Virus record (IMG/VR): IMGVR_UViG_3300031456_000002
Coordinates: 1 to 64,000 of that record
From: a virus
Length of the DNA stretch: 64,000 bases
Reading direction: 5' to 3' (one strand)
Positions 39,429 to 50,100 of the stretch are shown one piece after another (position 1 is the stretch's first letter; each line of letters starts with the position of its first letter). The notes below the pieces were generated by a model. That model made no database searches. It saw nothing but the letters and a program-made list of their open reading frames with translations, and had not been told where the DNA came from. The translations under genes and the position numbers were made by a program.

Positions 39429-39594
39429 ACGCCTGTTTTAATGTAGACATAATTCCAGCCCATTCTTTCACTATCTGGATAATAGTGTGTTTCTGAGAAT
39501 ATTTCCCTTGCTTCTTGATGGCTTTCATTTCTGCTTGCTTTATTAATACTGCTTTTCTTGCGTCTGCTGGGAAGTCTTTTAAAAGATTCGACAT
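39412..39594 (-). CDS. small RHH-like regulator antisense to the virion operon
   Basis: MSNLLKDFPADARKAVL...YSQKHTIIQIVKEW, with TACCTTAG upstream at 39624-39617. Confidence 0.5.
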   Translation of the reverse strand: MSNLLKDFPADARKAVLIKQAEMKAIKKQGKYSQKHTIIQIVKEWAGIMSTLKQASKKEV

Positions 39595-39699
39595 ACTTAT
39601 CAGGACTTTAGGTGATCTAAGGTAACCAATAAATTTAAAACGCAAAAATTCAACCTTTTATAAGAAGTATTTTTACTTCAAATAAAAACATTCCCAGAA

Positions 39700-40869
39700 A
39701 TGGCCGACAATGTAATTGAACAAACAGCACCAGAAACACAAGTAGTAGAACAACAGGCAGAGCCTCAATTTGATTTGGCGGCTCAAATGGCGATTGCCTT
39801 AAATGGCGGCATCGTTCCACAACAGCCCGAAGCTACTGCAACTACTACCACCGAACCAGCAGCAGCAACGGTTGCAGATACAGCCGTAAATGATCCATTC
39901 GGGTTGTTTAAAGAAAAATTCGGGTATGAAAACCAGGAGGCAGCGTTTAAAGAAATTGAAGAATTACGTGCATTTAAAGCACAGCCGCGCACCCCTGAAT
40001 TTCAAGTACCGGATGATGAAAGTGCTGCTATTTTAAAAGCTCTCGTTGCCGGTAAGAAAGAAGAAGTATGGAAGCTTTTGGATCATGATATGAGGGTTGA
40101 CCGGTTTGTGAACGCCGAAGTCAACAAAGACAATGCCGGGGATATTGTGAAAATGGGTATGCAGTTAAAATATAAAGACCTTACCCCCGAAGAAATAAAC
40201 TATAAGTTCAATAAGCAATTTTCTATCCCTCCTAAACCTGTTCAAGCGCTTGAAGAAGAAGATGCCGATTACCAACAAAGAATAGACGGTTGGCAGGAAC
40301 AGGTTACAGACAAACAAATGGAGTTAATGATCGAGGCTAAACTTGCAAAGCCCGAAATCTCCAATGCAAAAGGTAAATACGTATTCCCCGAAATAGAATC
40401 TCCTGTAGACGAAGGGTACATCCAATATAAGAAAATGTTGGAAGACAATGCCCAAGCCGATAAGGAGACAAAAGAAGCATACAAAGCCTTAACGCCAAAA
40501 GCGGTCGAAACCAAAATCAATTTTAAGGATGAAGCCAATAAAATTGGATTTGAATTTCAATTTGAACCGGATGCGGAAGGCTTTGCAAAGGCTGTAGAAA
40601 TCGCATCGAATGCTGACTTGTTTTGGCAAAACTTCATGAATCCGGACGGAAGCCCGAATCGCCAGAAGTTTTTAGATGCTATTTATTACTCCAATAACAA
40701 AGAAAAAGTTCTAATGTCCGCTCTGAATCAGTCTAAAAATGCTACGATCAAAGCAAGTTTACCTGATAATTCACAAGGGGGATTGGTACGTCAAATACCA
40801 CAAACCCAAGAGCCAAACGAATTAGAAAAGAATATGCGTGCTGCCTTATCGGGATACGGTGGATTTTAA
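39700..40869 (+). CDS. capsid scaffolding/assembly protein
   Basis: Acidic, helical protein immediately upstream of the MCP gene. Confidence 0.6.
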   Translation: MADNVIEQTAPETQVVEQQAEPQFDLAAQMAIALNGGIVPQQPEATATTTTEPAAATVADTAVNDPFGLFKEKFGYENQEAAFKEIEELRAFKAQPRTPEFQVPDDESAAILKALVAGKKEEVWKLLDHDMRVDRFVNAEVNKDNAGDIVKMGMQLKYKDLTPEEINYKFNKQFSIPPKPVQALEEEDADYQQRIDGWQEQVTDKQMELMIEAKLAKPEISNAKGKYVFPEIESPVDEGYIQYKKMLEDNAQADKETKEAYKALTPKAVETKINFKDEANKIGFEFQFEPDAEGFAKAVEIASNADLFWQNFMNPDGSPNRQKFLDAIYYSNNKEKVLMSALNQSKNATIKASLPDNSQGGLVRQIPQTQEPNELEKNMRAALSGYGGF

Positions 40870-40902
40870 AAAACATCTACTAACATCTTAATTTAATAAG
40901 CT

Positions 40903-42309
40903 ATGCCTAGTGCAATAGTTAGAGGCGCGACCGGTCAACCGGGTACAGTGGCGTATCCTTCCGGCCTAACCACAGGTATTTTCAACGAACTGAACTTCGT
41001 AATCCCAGATTATATCCCAGGCTTAATAGCCAAATACGGTAATGAATCGTACATGCTGGCTGCCGAAATTCTGGGTAATTCTAATATCGAGCAGGTAAAC
41101 ACTACAACCAATACATTCTCCCACTTTGAAAAGAGCCGTATTTATGGTTCTGGTTTAGTGGCAACTACTGTAGCTGCCGGCGCGAGCGGTGCTGCCGTAA
41201 ACGTGACATTGAAGAGTCCAGAATCCTATAATAATGGCACAACAGGTACTCAATCTCCGTTTCTATTAAATCAAACCGTTAAATTCCGCTCGAATGGTTT
41301 GAAATTCAAGGTAACCAATATCACCCGTACAACCAGTGCGTTTGTAGTTGAGCTTACCCCGATGGGAGCCTATACTGTTCACTCCGGCACAGGTGCCACT
41401 GTTCTTGCTGGTGAAGGTCTGGAAACATTTGGTAATCAGCTAGCTGGTGAAGCATCCGATAGCCAGGGTACACAGCAGCCTAAATTGTATCGCTACGACA
41501 ATACGGCTACAGTTTTACGTGCTTCTGTGAAAGCAAGCGATTTGGCTGGAATGAATAAGACGCAAATTGATTTCGGGAACGGCAGTCACTATCTTCCAAC
41601 TTTAGCCATCACCACGATGAACCGTGTAATGATGACTAACATCGAAGATGCAGTTATGGAAGGTGTTCCTTATTCAAATATTTCTGGAACTGTAGGCACG
41701 GTAGGTGTATTACCTGATGTTGCCGCACGTGGTTCAGAAGTGGATTATGTTCAGGGCAACTTCATAATTGGCGATTTCCAGAATTTCACAAACGTACTGG
41801 ATTCTAATGGCGGCCCCCGCGAATATCACTTCTTACAAGATTTGAAACAACGTCAGGATATAAATAACCTGTTATTCGGCGTTTATCGTAATGGTGCAAT
41901 CAGTTATGGATCAGTAGGTACAAGCGCAGAAGCCGCAGTGTCTTATGGCTTCAAAAGCTTCTCAACCGATACTTTTGACTTCCACTTCCACCGTTACAAA
42001 GGATTCACCGCTCAGGCACTATTTGGATATACGCCTACCGTTGGCGATTATCGCGCATATTTCGGCTTCGGTGTGCCACAAGGCATGACCGTGGATGCAA
42101 AGGATTCAAGCACAAGACCTTATATGCAGTGGGTTTATCAGCAAAATCCGGATATTCCGACAAGTCAGAGGATCTATAGCTGGGATCTGGGTTACACCAA
42201 GAACACGAAGACTACTGAGGCTAGTAACAAATATGAACAAATTAGTTACGTTGGTTCGAGAGTTACGGCCGCAGAGCAGTTCAGCCTGCTGCGTGGGATC
42301 GTATCATAA
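40903..42309 (+). CDS. major capsid protein
   Basis: 468 aa, G/T/A-rich, follows the scaffold gene; the layout is consistent with HK97-fold MCPs of Bacteroidota podoviruses. Confidence 0.8.
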   Translation: MPSAIVRGATGQPGTVAYPSGLTTGIFNELNFVIPDYIPGLIAKYGNESYMLAAEILGNSNIEQVNTTTNTFSHFEKSRIYGSGLVATTVAAGASGAAVNVTLKSPESYNNGTTGTQSPFLLNQTVKFRSNGLKFKVTNITRTTSAFVVELTPMGAYTVHSGTGATVLAGEGLETFGNQLAGEASDSQGTQQPKLYRYDNTATVLRASVKASDLAGMNKTQIDFGNGSHYLPTLAITTMNRVMMTNIEDAVMEGVPYSNISGTVGTVGVLPDVAARGSEVDYVQGNFIIGDFQNFTNVLDSNGGPREYHFLQDLKQRQDINNLLFGVYRNGAISYGSVGTSAEAAVSYGFKSFSTDTFDFHFHRYKGFTAQALFGYTPTVGDYRAYFGFGVPQGMTVDAKDSSTRPYMQWVYQQNPDIPTSQRIYSWDLGYTKNTKTTEASNKYEQISYVGSRVTAAEQFSLLRGIVS

Positions 42310-42313
42310 TTAG

Positions 42314-42407
42314 TATATTTGAAATCGGTTATGAACGTTGTAGATTATAACTGATTATTAATAATCTCAGAGGAGTAGGCGGTATCTACAACTGCCGCCT
42401 CTCTTTT
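42314..42407 (+). promoter_or_regulatory. promoter plus kissing-hairpin leader of the HNH gene
   Basis: TATATTTG at 42314. Hairpins 42324-42355 and 42369-42402 have complementary loops GTTGTAGAT/ATCTACAAC. Confidence 0.6.
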
Positions 42408-42414
42408 GAATAAA

Positions 42415-43020
42415 ATGAACCATTATAATAATTTTTCTCTTCAAAACATTATTATGGAATTTGAAGGGATTGCTTATGAAGAGGAATGGAAAGCTATTAT
42501 AGGATATGAAGGATACTATGAAGTGTCTAATTTTGGGAGAATAAAAAGTTTGGCAAGATCATGGGTCACAGGGGAGCGATTTGGTGTTCGTACTAAAGAA
42601 GATACAATTGCAAAACCGGGATCAGATGTTGGTGGATATTTGAAATATACGTTTTGTGTAGACAAAATTAAAACATATTGGTCTGGACATGTTTTAGTGG
42701 CGAAATACTTCTGTGATAATCCTGATAATTATTCAATAGTGAACCATTTAAATTCCATTAGAAACGACAACTTTTTTAAGAATTTAGAATGGACAACATA
42801 TTCAGGGAATGCAATTCATGGATTTAAGCACGGATTTCGGAAAGGGCAAAAGGGAGAGGATAATCCTCAAACTAAACTGACAAAAGAAGTGGTGATGGAA
42901 ATTAAGAAATTGTGGGAAGAGAAGAGTCTTTCACAAGCAGCGATTGGGATGAGATTTAATATTAGGCAATCCCAGGTTTCTAGAATAGTAACTGGCGCTA
43001 GGTGGGCGCACATTAAGTAA
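42415..43020 (+). CDS. NUMOD4-HNH homing endonuclease
   Basis: EEWKAIIGYEGYYEVSNFGRIKS (NUMOD4), VNHLNSIRNDNFFKNLEW and a C-terminal HTH. Confidence 0.9.
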   Translation: MNHYNNFSLQNIIMEFEGIAYEEEWKAIIGYEGYYEVSNFGRIKSLARSWVTGERFGVRTKEDTIAKPGSDVGGYLKYTFCVDKIKTYWSGHVLVAKYFCDNPDNYSIVNHLNSIRNDNFFKNLEWTTYSGNAIHGFKHGFRKGQKGEDNPQTKLTKEVVMEIKKLWEEKSLSQAAIGMRFNIRQSQVSRIVTGARWAHIK

Positions 43021-43038
43021 AAAATTAAAATAAAAAAC

Positions 43039-44031
43039 ATGGCAGACACTAACAATGAGTTAGTCCCAGAAAAAAAAGAACGAAAGAAACGGGAGCCAAA
43101 GGCTGTAATAGTCCCTCCTGTAGTTCAAAAGATTGACGATAGCGATAAATATCCAGTTGAGGCTGCTTATTTGGCTATGACTTTTGAATCTACTAAGAAA
43201 TACATGTTTGAATTGGCAACTCAAAACATGGAACGCGAAATGCCGGTTATTGAAGTTGACGGCCAAAGATCAAGGCCAATACCTACTGAAAAGTTTAAAC
43301 CATATCAAAACATAGTTCTTACCTCTCAGATTATTTGGAAAGGACAGCGCAGGATATTGAGATACTACGATGGTTGTACTTCCATTTTCGCAGATGAACA
43401 ACCAAAGGACAAAGAAGAAATCGATCAGTTCATAAAAGTAACTCAACCAAGAGCTTTTTTGAAAGGTAAATTCGGCGCATATGGAGATGAAAAGATGTTG
43501 CTGATGTACCTGAATATTTGTTCTTGGAATGCCAATAGTCCTTTTAGAACGCGTGCAGCCAATGCTATCTTTATCGCGACCGATACAATGAAAATCGCAT
43601 CAACTGAATCAGCGAAATTGGATGAAACAGAACGGGCATTGGAATTGGCTAAAAATGCATCTCATACAAAAATGTTGATTCATGCTGCATATTTAGGAAT
43701 TCCAACGGAGGACTATGATTCAGGCAATGGATTAACACCTAAGGAAATCAGAACTAAGTATCGCAGATTTGCGCTTCAAGATGCAACTTACTTCATAGAT
43801 AGCTACGGAAACAAAGCTATTGAAGTTAAGTATTACATCAACCAGGCGCTTTTGAAAGGGTTAATCACAAACAAATTCAATCCCAATAAGCTAACATGGC
43901 AGAATGGGAAAGAAATATGTGATATATCCGGGTTGAAATCAAATGACGCAATTGGAGAGAAAGCATTCGAGTTTTCGCAATTGGAGGATGGTGCCGAATT
44001 TGGGATTCAACTAAGGGCGTTATTTAGTTAA
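43039..44031 (+). CDS. conserved structural/head-associated protein
   Basis: Lies after the MCP gene; the RILRY motif recalls crAss-like post-MCP genes. Confidence 0.5.
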   Translation: MADTNNELVPEKKERKKREPKAVIVPPVVQKIDDSDKYPVEAAYLAMTFESTKKYMFELATQNMEREMPVIEVDGQRSRPIPTEKFKPYQNIVLTSQIIWKGQRRILRYYDGCTSIFADEQPKDKEEIDQFIKVTQPRAFLKGKFGAYGDEKMLLMYLNICSWNANSPFRTRAANAIFIATDTMKIASTESAKLDETERALELAKNASHTKMLIHAAYLGIPTEDYDSGNGLTPKEIRTKYRRFALQDATYFIDSYGNKAIEVKYYINQALLKGLITNKFNPNKLTWQNGKEICDISGLKSNDAIGEKAFEFSQLEDGAEFGIQLRALFS

Positions 44032-44057
44032 GCTCTTTACTATATAATTCTTTAAAA

Positions 44058-44091
44058 TGAAGCCTGTCTTATGGATGGGCTTCATGACTTT
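44058..44091 (+). terminator. hairpin terminator after the head genes
   Basis: ATGAAGCCTGTC/GATGGGCTTCAT stem with a weak U tract. Confidence 0.45.
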
Positions 44092-44096
44092 AATAT

Positions 44097-44768
44097 ATGG
44101 CACTTACTGTTGATTATTTATACCAGTTTTCGCTGAATCTGATTCGCAAGAACCAGGCGGGTTCGCTTGCTTCTATCGAATGGGCTAGGCATTGGAATGA
44201 TGCATCAAACACATATCAAGATGATTTACTTGGTAGATTCCAACCTAGAAGTATTGGTAAGGCCGGGGCCAATACGGGATTGATAGAAAACGAAACCATA
44301 GAAACTAAATTATCACCATTTACAAAAAAGGATACAATCAACATTGTTGCTGGGGATGGGCCAAAGCCTTCTGATTTCATCTATTTGTTGGCATTAAGAA
44401 TAGACGGCAAAGAAGTAAGGCATATTAATAAGAATCAGATAGCGACGGTAAATGATAATACAATTGATGCCCCCAGTATTGCCGATGGAGCTTATTACTA
44501 TACTCCCTATCTTAATTATTATTCTTTTCTTCCCAATACCGTAACGACGGCAACCATAGACTATATAGCTACCCCAGTAGATGTGGTTTGGGGTTTTACC
44601 ATCGTATCGGGAAGGCAAGTTTATAGTTCCGGAGCGAGCACGCAAAGCCAGTGGGATGATCACAGTAACAGGGAGATTACAAAGAGAATGTTAACGAATT
44701 TAGGCGTGAGTTTCAAGGATAATGATTTCTCGCAATTTGGTAAAAGCGTTCAATTAACAGGAGACTAA
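44097..44768 (+). CDS. tail ring/adaptor protein
   Basis: ~220 aa, LIRKNQAG.L...W N-terminus, DYIATP, position in the tail module. Confidence 0.6.
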   Translation: MALTVDYLYQFSLNLIRKNQAGSLASIEWARHWNDASNTYQDDLLGRFQPRSIGKAGANTGLIENETIETKLSPFTKKDTINIVAGDGPKPSDFIYLLALRIDGKEVRHINKNQIATVNDNTIDAPSIADGAYYYTPYLNYYSFLPNTVTTATIDYIATPVDVVWGFTIVSGRQVYSSGASTQSQWDDHSNREITKRMLTNLGVSFKDNDFSQFGKSVQLTGD

Positions 44769-45433
44769 TGGCATCATTAATACCATATACTAAAAAACTT
44801 TTTGTTCAAAGACTTCGTCAAGACCTAGCAAATGATTTCCCGGATTCTGAATTTGCCATATCTGAGCGTGAAGTATTACTGCATATTGATCAGGCATTAG
44901 CGTTTAATGCAGTTGGTCAGATATATGCAGGGGCCAAGGTTCTGGGAACGCTTGAAGTTCCTGAAGGTTTCCTCACTAGGTATCTATTGGCAACATTGGT
45001 TCAGGATGCAGTTACAAGTGAATGGTACGCTACTCTCCCGCAACCGCCAGTTTCTTTACCCTTGGGTTATAGCATAACCAGAGCATATTTTGCAAATGCG
45101 CAGAATGGGATTAGTCAGGAAATACTACCTATCAAAGCAAAACGTGCAGCCTATAGGAACAATATGCCACGTCCGGCAGGCGCAGAATACAAAGTGGATG
45201 GAAGTACTATTTATATAACGGCTAATGATGGATCGCCGTTATTTAATTTACAAGTTTATGTGGAAATGTTGAATACACGCACAAGTAATCTCTCGGAAGT
45301 GTTAAATTTGCCAGACGACCACATCGAACAGATTTATAATCTTGCATATCAAAAACTGGTGCAGAGATATAAAATGCCAAAAGATATAATTCTGGACGAT
45401 ATAGGGGGCGGCAATAATACACAAAAATCATAA
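44768..45433 (+). CDS. tail ring/adaptor protein
   Basis: Size and position, with ISEREV and C-terminal LNLPDD. Confidence 0.55.
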   Translation: MASLIPYTKKLFVQRLRQDLANDFPDSEFAISEREVLLHIDQALAFNAVGQIYAGAKVLGTLEVPEGFLTRYLLATLVQDAVTSEWYATLPQPPVSLPLGYSITRAYFANAQNGISQEILPIKAKRAAYRNNMPRPAGAEYKVDGSTIYITANDGSPLFNLQVYVEMLNTRTSNLSEVLNLPDDHIEQIYNLAYQKLVQRYKMPKDIILDDIGGGNNTQKS

Positions 45434-45435
45434 TC

Positions 45436-46182
45436 ATGAAAAAATGGACGATATATAAAATAATAAACCCATTAAAGGAGGTTTACATTGGGCGAACAGG
45501 TAATTATAGTAAAAGAAAATCTTCATATAAGAAACTGGCTAATTGCACAATAAATCAAAAATTGCTACATAATTCTTTGAAAGTATTTGGCTTCGAAAGT
45601 CATACATTATCAATAATAGAAGAATTTGTAGGTATAGAGAAGGAGGCTGACTCTAAGGAAATGTTTTGGATTCGGACTTATATGTCAAACAGGCATAAAT
45701 ATCCAGAACAAAATGGATTGAATTTAACTAATGGAGGAGGCGGATTGATAGGGTTTATTCCTAGCGAGGAAACAAGAAATAGACTATCGGCGGCTTCGAC
45801 GGGGAGAATGCATACGGAGAAAACAAAACTAAAAATGTCATTAGTCCAAAAAGGAAGAAAGGTATCAGAAGAAACAAGAGTAAAAATATCAAAGGCTGGC
45901 ATTGGAAGAATCGCAACGCTAGAAACAAGAAAAAAGTTATCAGAAAAAAAGATAGGAGTAAAGAAAAGTGATAGTACTAAAGAAAAAATGAAGGCGTATC
46001 AGGTCAGTACACATGGCAAGATAGTTAACCAATACGATCTTAATGGGAATTTTATAAGGCAACATGAAACAATATGTACTGCCGCAAAGGCAGTTGGTGC
46101 AACTCAGCCGAATATGACTTCTCATTTAAAGGGAAAGCATAATAAAAGAACTATTAAAGGATTTGTCTTTAAATACGCATAA
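45436..46182 (+). CDS. GIY-YIG homing endonuclease with NUMOD3/NUMOD1 repeats
   Basis: TIYKI...VYIGRT...R, NGLNLT.GG, SEETR repeats and VNQYDLNGNFI. Confidence 0.9.
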   Translation: MKKWTIYKIINPLKEVYIGRTGNYSKRKSSYKKLANCTINQKLLHNSLKVFGFESHTLSIIEEFVGIEKEADSKEMFWIRTYMSNRHKYPEQNGLNLTNGGGGLIGFIPSEETRNRLSAASTGRMHTEKTKLKMSLVQKGRKVSEETRVKISKAGIGRIATLETRKKLSEKKIGVKKSDSTKEKMKAYQVSTHGKIVNQYDLNGNFIRQHETICTAAKAVGATQPNMTSHLKGKHNKRTIKGFVFKYA

Positions 46183-46920
46183 ATGCCTACAGATATTCAA
46201 CAATACGTGCCTTTAAAAACCGTGGTATCCTTTTGCCTTGATGAAAATGATCAGTCTATTGGTTCGTTCGACAAAGCGTGGTTGTTAGGATTTAGGGCGC
46301 TAGTTGATTTATTGTTTGACATCAGTGCCCATGAAGTGACTGTAAGATTGCCGGTAGGCGGGAATAAAACAGTTCCATTCCCTGCCGATTATTTGTCATG
46401 GGTAAGAATAGCTATACTAAACGAACGTGGGGAAGAAAGTACACTTAGAATAAATAATGCGCTAACTAAATACAAGGATAACAATCCTAACCGAATAGAA
46501 AAATTAACATCTGACATAACAGATGCATTCCCATTGTCACTAAATGCGCCTTTTTTCTATAACTACAGTTTCAATAATCAGTATCGGCCATTATTTGGAG
46601 TGGGCGGCGGATTAATACAGTACGGCTCATGCACGGTGGATGATGAAAACAATCTTATAGTACTAGAGCCAGGGTTTAAATATGATAGCATCATACTGAG
46701 TTATATTAGCAGCCCCCAAAAAAATGGCGATTATCAGATACTAACCGCTTGTCAAGAGGCTGTTATCGCTTTCATTAAATGGAAGTCGAAGCAGGGTAGC
46801 CGGGATGAATATTATGCAGCAAAAATAGAAGCAAGGCGCAGAATGCCAAAGAAAAAAGTGCACTTACAAAGCATAAACGCAGTGTTAAGAGAATCCGAAT
46901 CGATGAAATTAAGAAGTTGA
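46183..46920 (+). CDS. tail ring/tubular protein
   Basis: PFPADYLSWVRI and ILSYIS; position before the nozzle gene. Confidence 0.55.
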   Translation: MPTDIQQYVPLKTVVSFCLDENDQSIGSFDKAWLLGFRALVDLLFDISAHEVTVRLPVGGNKTVPFPADYLSWVRIAILNERGEESTLRINNALTKYKDNNPNRIEKLTSDITDAFPLSLNAPFFYNYSFNNQYRPLFGVGGGLIQYGSCTVDDENNLIVLEPGFKYDSIILSYISSPQKNGDYQILTACQEAVIAFIKWKSKQGSRDEYYAAKIEARRRMPKKKVHLQSINAVLRESESMKLRS

Positions 46921-46924
46921 GTAT

Positions 46925-47119
46925 ATGGCAATATGTAGTTGTGGTAAAACGTGCGATGAATTATATTCTTACTTTGATAAAGTGTCAAAGTATAGAATAA
47001 CATGCTGTGAACAATGTGCAATGGATAATAAGATTGACGATGAAGAAAAATACGAAAAGCATTTGTACAAAAATCTGAATCAAGAACAAAGTAAAACACC
47101 AGAACCGGATGCCTCCTGA
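46925..47119 (+). CDS. small Zn-finger protein
   Basis: CSCGKTC...CCEQC. Confidence 0.45.
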   Translation: MAICSCGKTCDELYSYFDKVSKYRITCCEQCAMDNKIDDEEKYEKHLYKNLNQEQSKTPEPDAS

Positions 47120-50100
47120 AATTAAAATGTTAGCTGGCACATTGAATTTAGATGATCCATTGGAGTCATTGGGTAAGGCATTCCATCGAGACGGAAGGAA
47201 CATCGAGTTTGACGGGACACCTCCCAACAGGAGATGTAAGATAAAGCCTGGTAATATTGCTGTGCCAAATGTCTTATTGCCAGCTATAGGGGTTAATAAA
47301 ACGATCAGCGAAAGGTATGATTCCCTAACCAAAAGGATTTATTTTTTCAATTATAATTCTGGCGGCAAGCATGGTATTTATTTATATAATACAATTCTAG
47401 GTACATTTCAGCGATTAGTCGAAGTAGGGATAAATACAATAGGCGATCCATTAGCATTTACAGCAGAAAGTTATACCAATAACGATATTATTAATGCCGA
47501 TAGTGTACAAGGCGACATCCTTTATTATCTTGATTCGTTAGGAAGGCCATCAAAGATTAATGTAGCCCGCGCATTAGCTGCCGGCTACGGAAGTATACAG
47601 CGTTCATTTTTGGATGTAGCAAAAGAGCCAGCGGATATCCCTCCTTGTGTGATTTATGAACGCGATCCAGCCAATACCGTAAATAACCAAAGAAAGAAAT
47701 TATTCAGATACAAAGTTCGGTGGGGATTTGATGATAATGATAAATCAGTAACAAGCTCTCAAAGTGAATTGCCGCTACCTCTTGATCCATTTGATCAGGC
47801 AGTAGATGCTGATCCAACATATAATTGCAGAACGGCTATTGTTTATCAAACTGGCCCATCTAATGTAAAAAAGATAGAATTGTTAGCTGCCGTTAGTATG
47901 GGTAATGTATTTTCTGATTTCTTTTTAATACAGTCTATTGATAAATCGGTATCAGGCATCCCAGACAATGATGTAGCGACATTTTTATTCTACAATGATC
48001 AGGCATACAATTATATTGATGTTCAGGAAAGTATACAATTGTTTGATTATGTTCCATTAGCGGCTAGGGCTCAGACTTTATTAAATGGTAATGTGGTATC
48101 TTATGCGAACATCACAGAAGGATACCCTAATTTAACCAATTTCACATTTTCATCAAATACCAGCAATTTATCACAAAGTCAAATACTTTACTATAGCGGC
48201 ATCTATTTTACTAAGCTAGTGGCGAGTCAAGGAGGCCAAAGCGGATTCGGAAGTGGTAATATCCATATAGTGATAAGAGGGTATGTTTTTTCATTATCAT
48301 TCTCATTGGACACGTATGTGGTTTATATGACAGATGGAACCAACATCTCATATACGATAAATACAGGAGATGATGCAGCGGCTGTAATTGAGGGGTTGCG
48401 TGTAGATGCATTATCAAAGGGATATACAATTATAAGTACGAATAACAATGATTTATATGTATTTAAGACAGGTATAAGTCTGGCTAGGGCTCGAATAATC
48501 TCAGATTATACATACAATTCTTTAGGCAACAACGCCTATGCAACAGATGATTGGTCTAGTAAGCATGGATACGGGTTGGTCTATTTTGATCAGAAAGGTA
48601 GAACCAATGGAGTAGTTTATACAAGCGGATTTTCGGTGACGTCAATAGCATTTAATGAAGCCGATCCCTTCCAGCCATACATACCCAAGTATTTGGCTAT
48701 GATTTATCATCAACCCCCAGATTGGGCATATTATGTTCAGTGGACTCGCACTAAGGATTTATCAAAAAGCAAAATCCAACAGTGGATAACAGATAGAACC
48801 TTTAAAGATACTTCTGCCGTTTCTGGATTGTTAAAATATGCTTATGTAAGTATTGAGTCATTAAATGCCTTCGTAAAGGCTAATCCAGGCTCTCCTTTGG
48901 GGTATGGATTTTCGCCGGGAGATCGGATAAAATTCATGAAGCGATACAATGCAGACGGTACTACAGCTAATTTATATGGGAATACAAAAGATTTTGAGGT
49001 TGTAGCTTCATTAACAAATCCAACTATTAATGGTGAGATAAAATCAGGTCAGTTCATAAAATTCGTATTGCCAACTACTGACGGGTCATTTGATTTCGGA
49101 ACTACTGGATTTGCTAATTATTTAATTGAATTATACACTCCGGCACAATCTGTAGCAGGAGGATTAGATGTTTATTTTGAATTTGGTGAAAGATATGCAA
49201 TAGGAAATCCTACTGCTTCAAATCGTTTCCACCAAGGAATGATGCAAAATCAAACAGCAGATTATGCAACACCAGCCACGTATGAATTTTTTAAGGGGGA
49301 TTATTATATTAAATTAAGGTCCATCCAAACCGGGAATGTTTATTCATTTAATATATTGAATGGGAATATGACAGCCGGCAGATTTTTATTCGGATTAACA
49401 TTTGTAGATTCCACTTACGTTGACCCTGGTATTACTGCCCAAAGCGTGGCGATGGCGAATATTAGCGGTAATACTCCCAGTGGCGGTATTAGTCCGGGAA
49501 GCGACACGAGGTGGTTTTTGAAATCAATACCAAATAATACATTCAGGATACGAGGAACTATTAGTATAAATTTCACGACTGATGTAACCGGTGATGTATG
49601 GCGAATATTCATATTGAACCGATTCAATGAACGACAATATTTAGTCAACAACTTTAGTGCAGGAACAGCAGGAGTATATACATTTACAATAGATGCTATT
49701 ACTACATTGGAAGATGATAGGATATTTTTAATCGCGGAGGGAGGCGAGCGACCGCTTAATGTACTATCCAATGAAATAACTTTCTCTATTGATCACGTCA
49801 TTGCGCAAAAAATGATTGATCAGAATTTCTCCGATTATTTTGCAAGTGCGGTTAATTCAAACGGAAGATCATTTATTTATGATCAAAACGCCAATCAGGT
49901 TACTTATCCTGTAATGTACAGATGGGGATTAGCATATCAGACAAATACCAATATCAATAAAACAAATAGATTTTATCCTACAAATTTTGATGAGGCCAAT
50001 AGAAGACATGGCGCAATAATGAAGATGGCTCAATTAGGCAATGAATTGATATTTTTCATGGAACGAAAGATTGGGCATACAGGTGTTTTCCAAAAATTCA

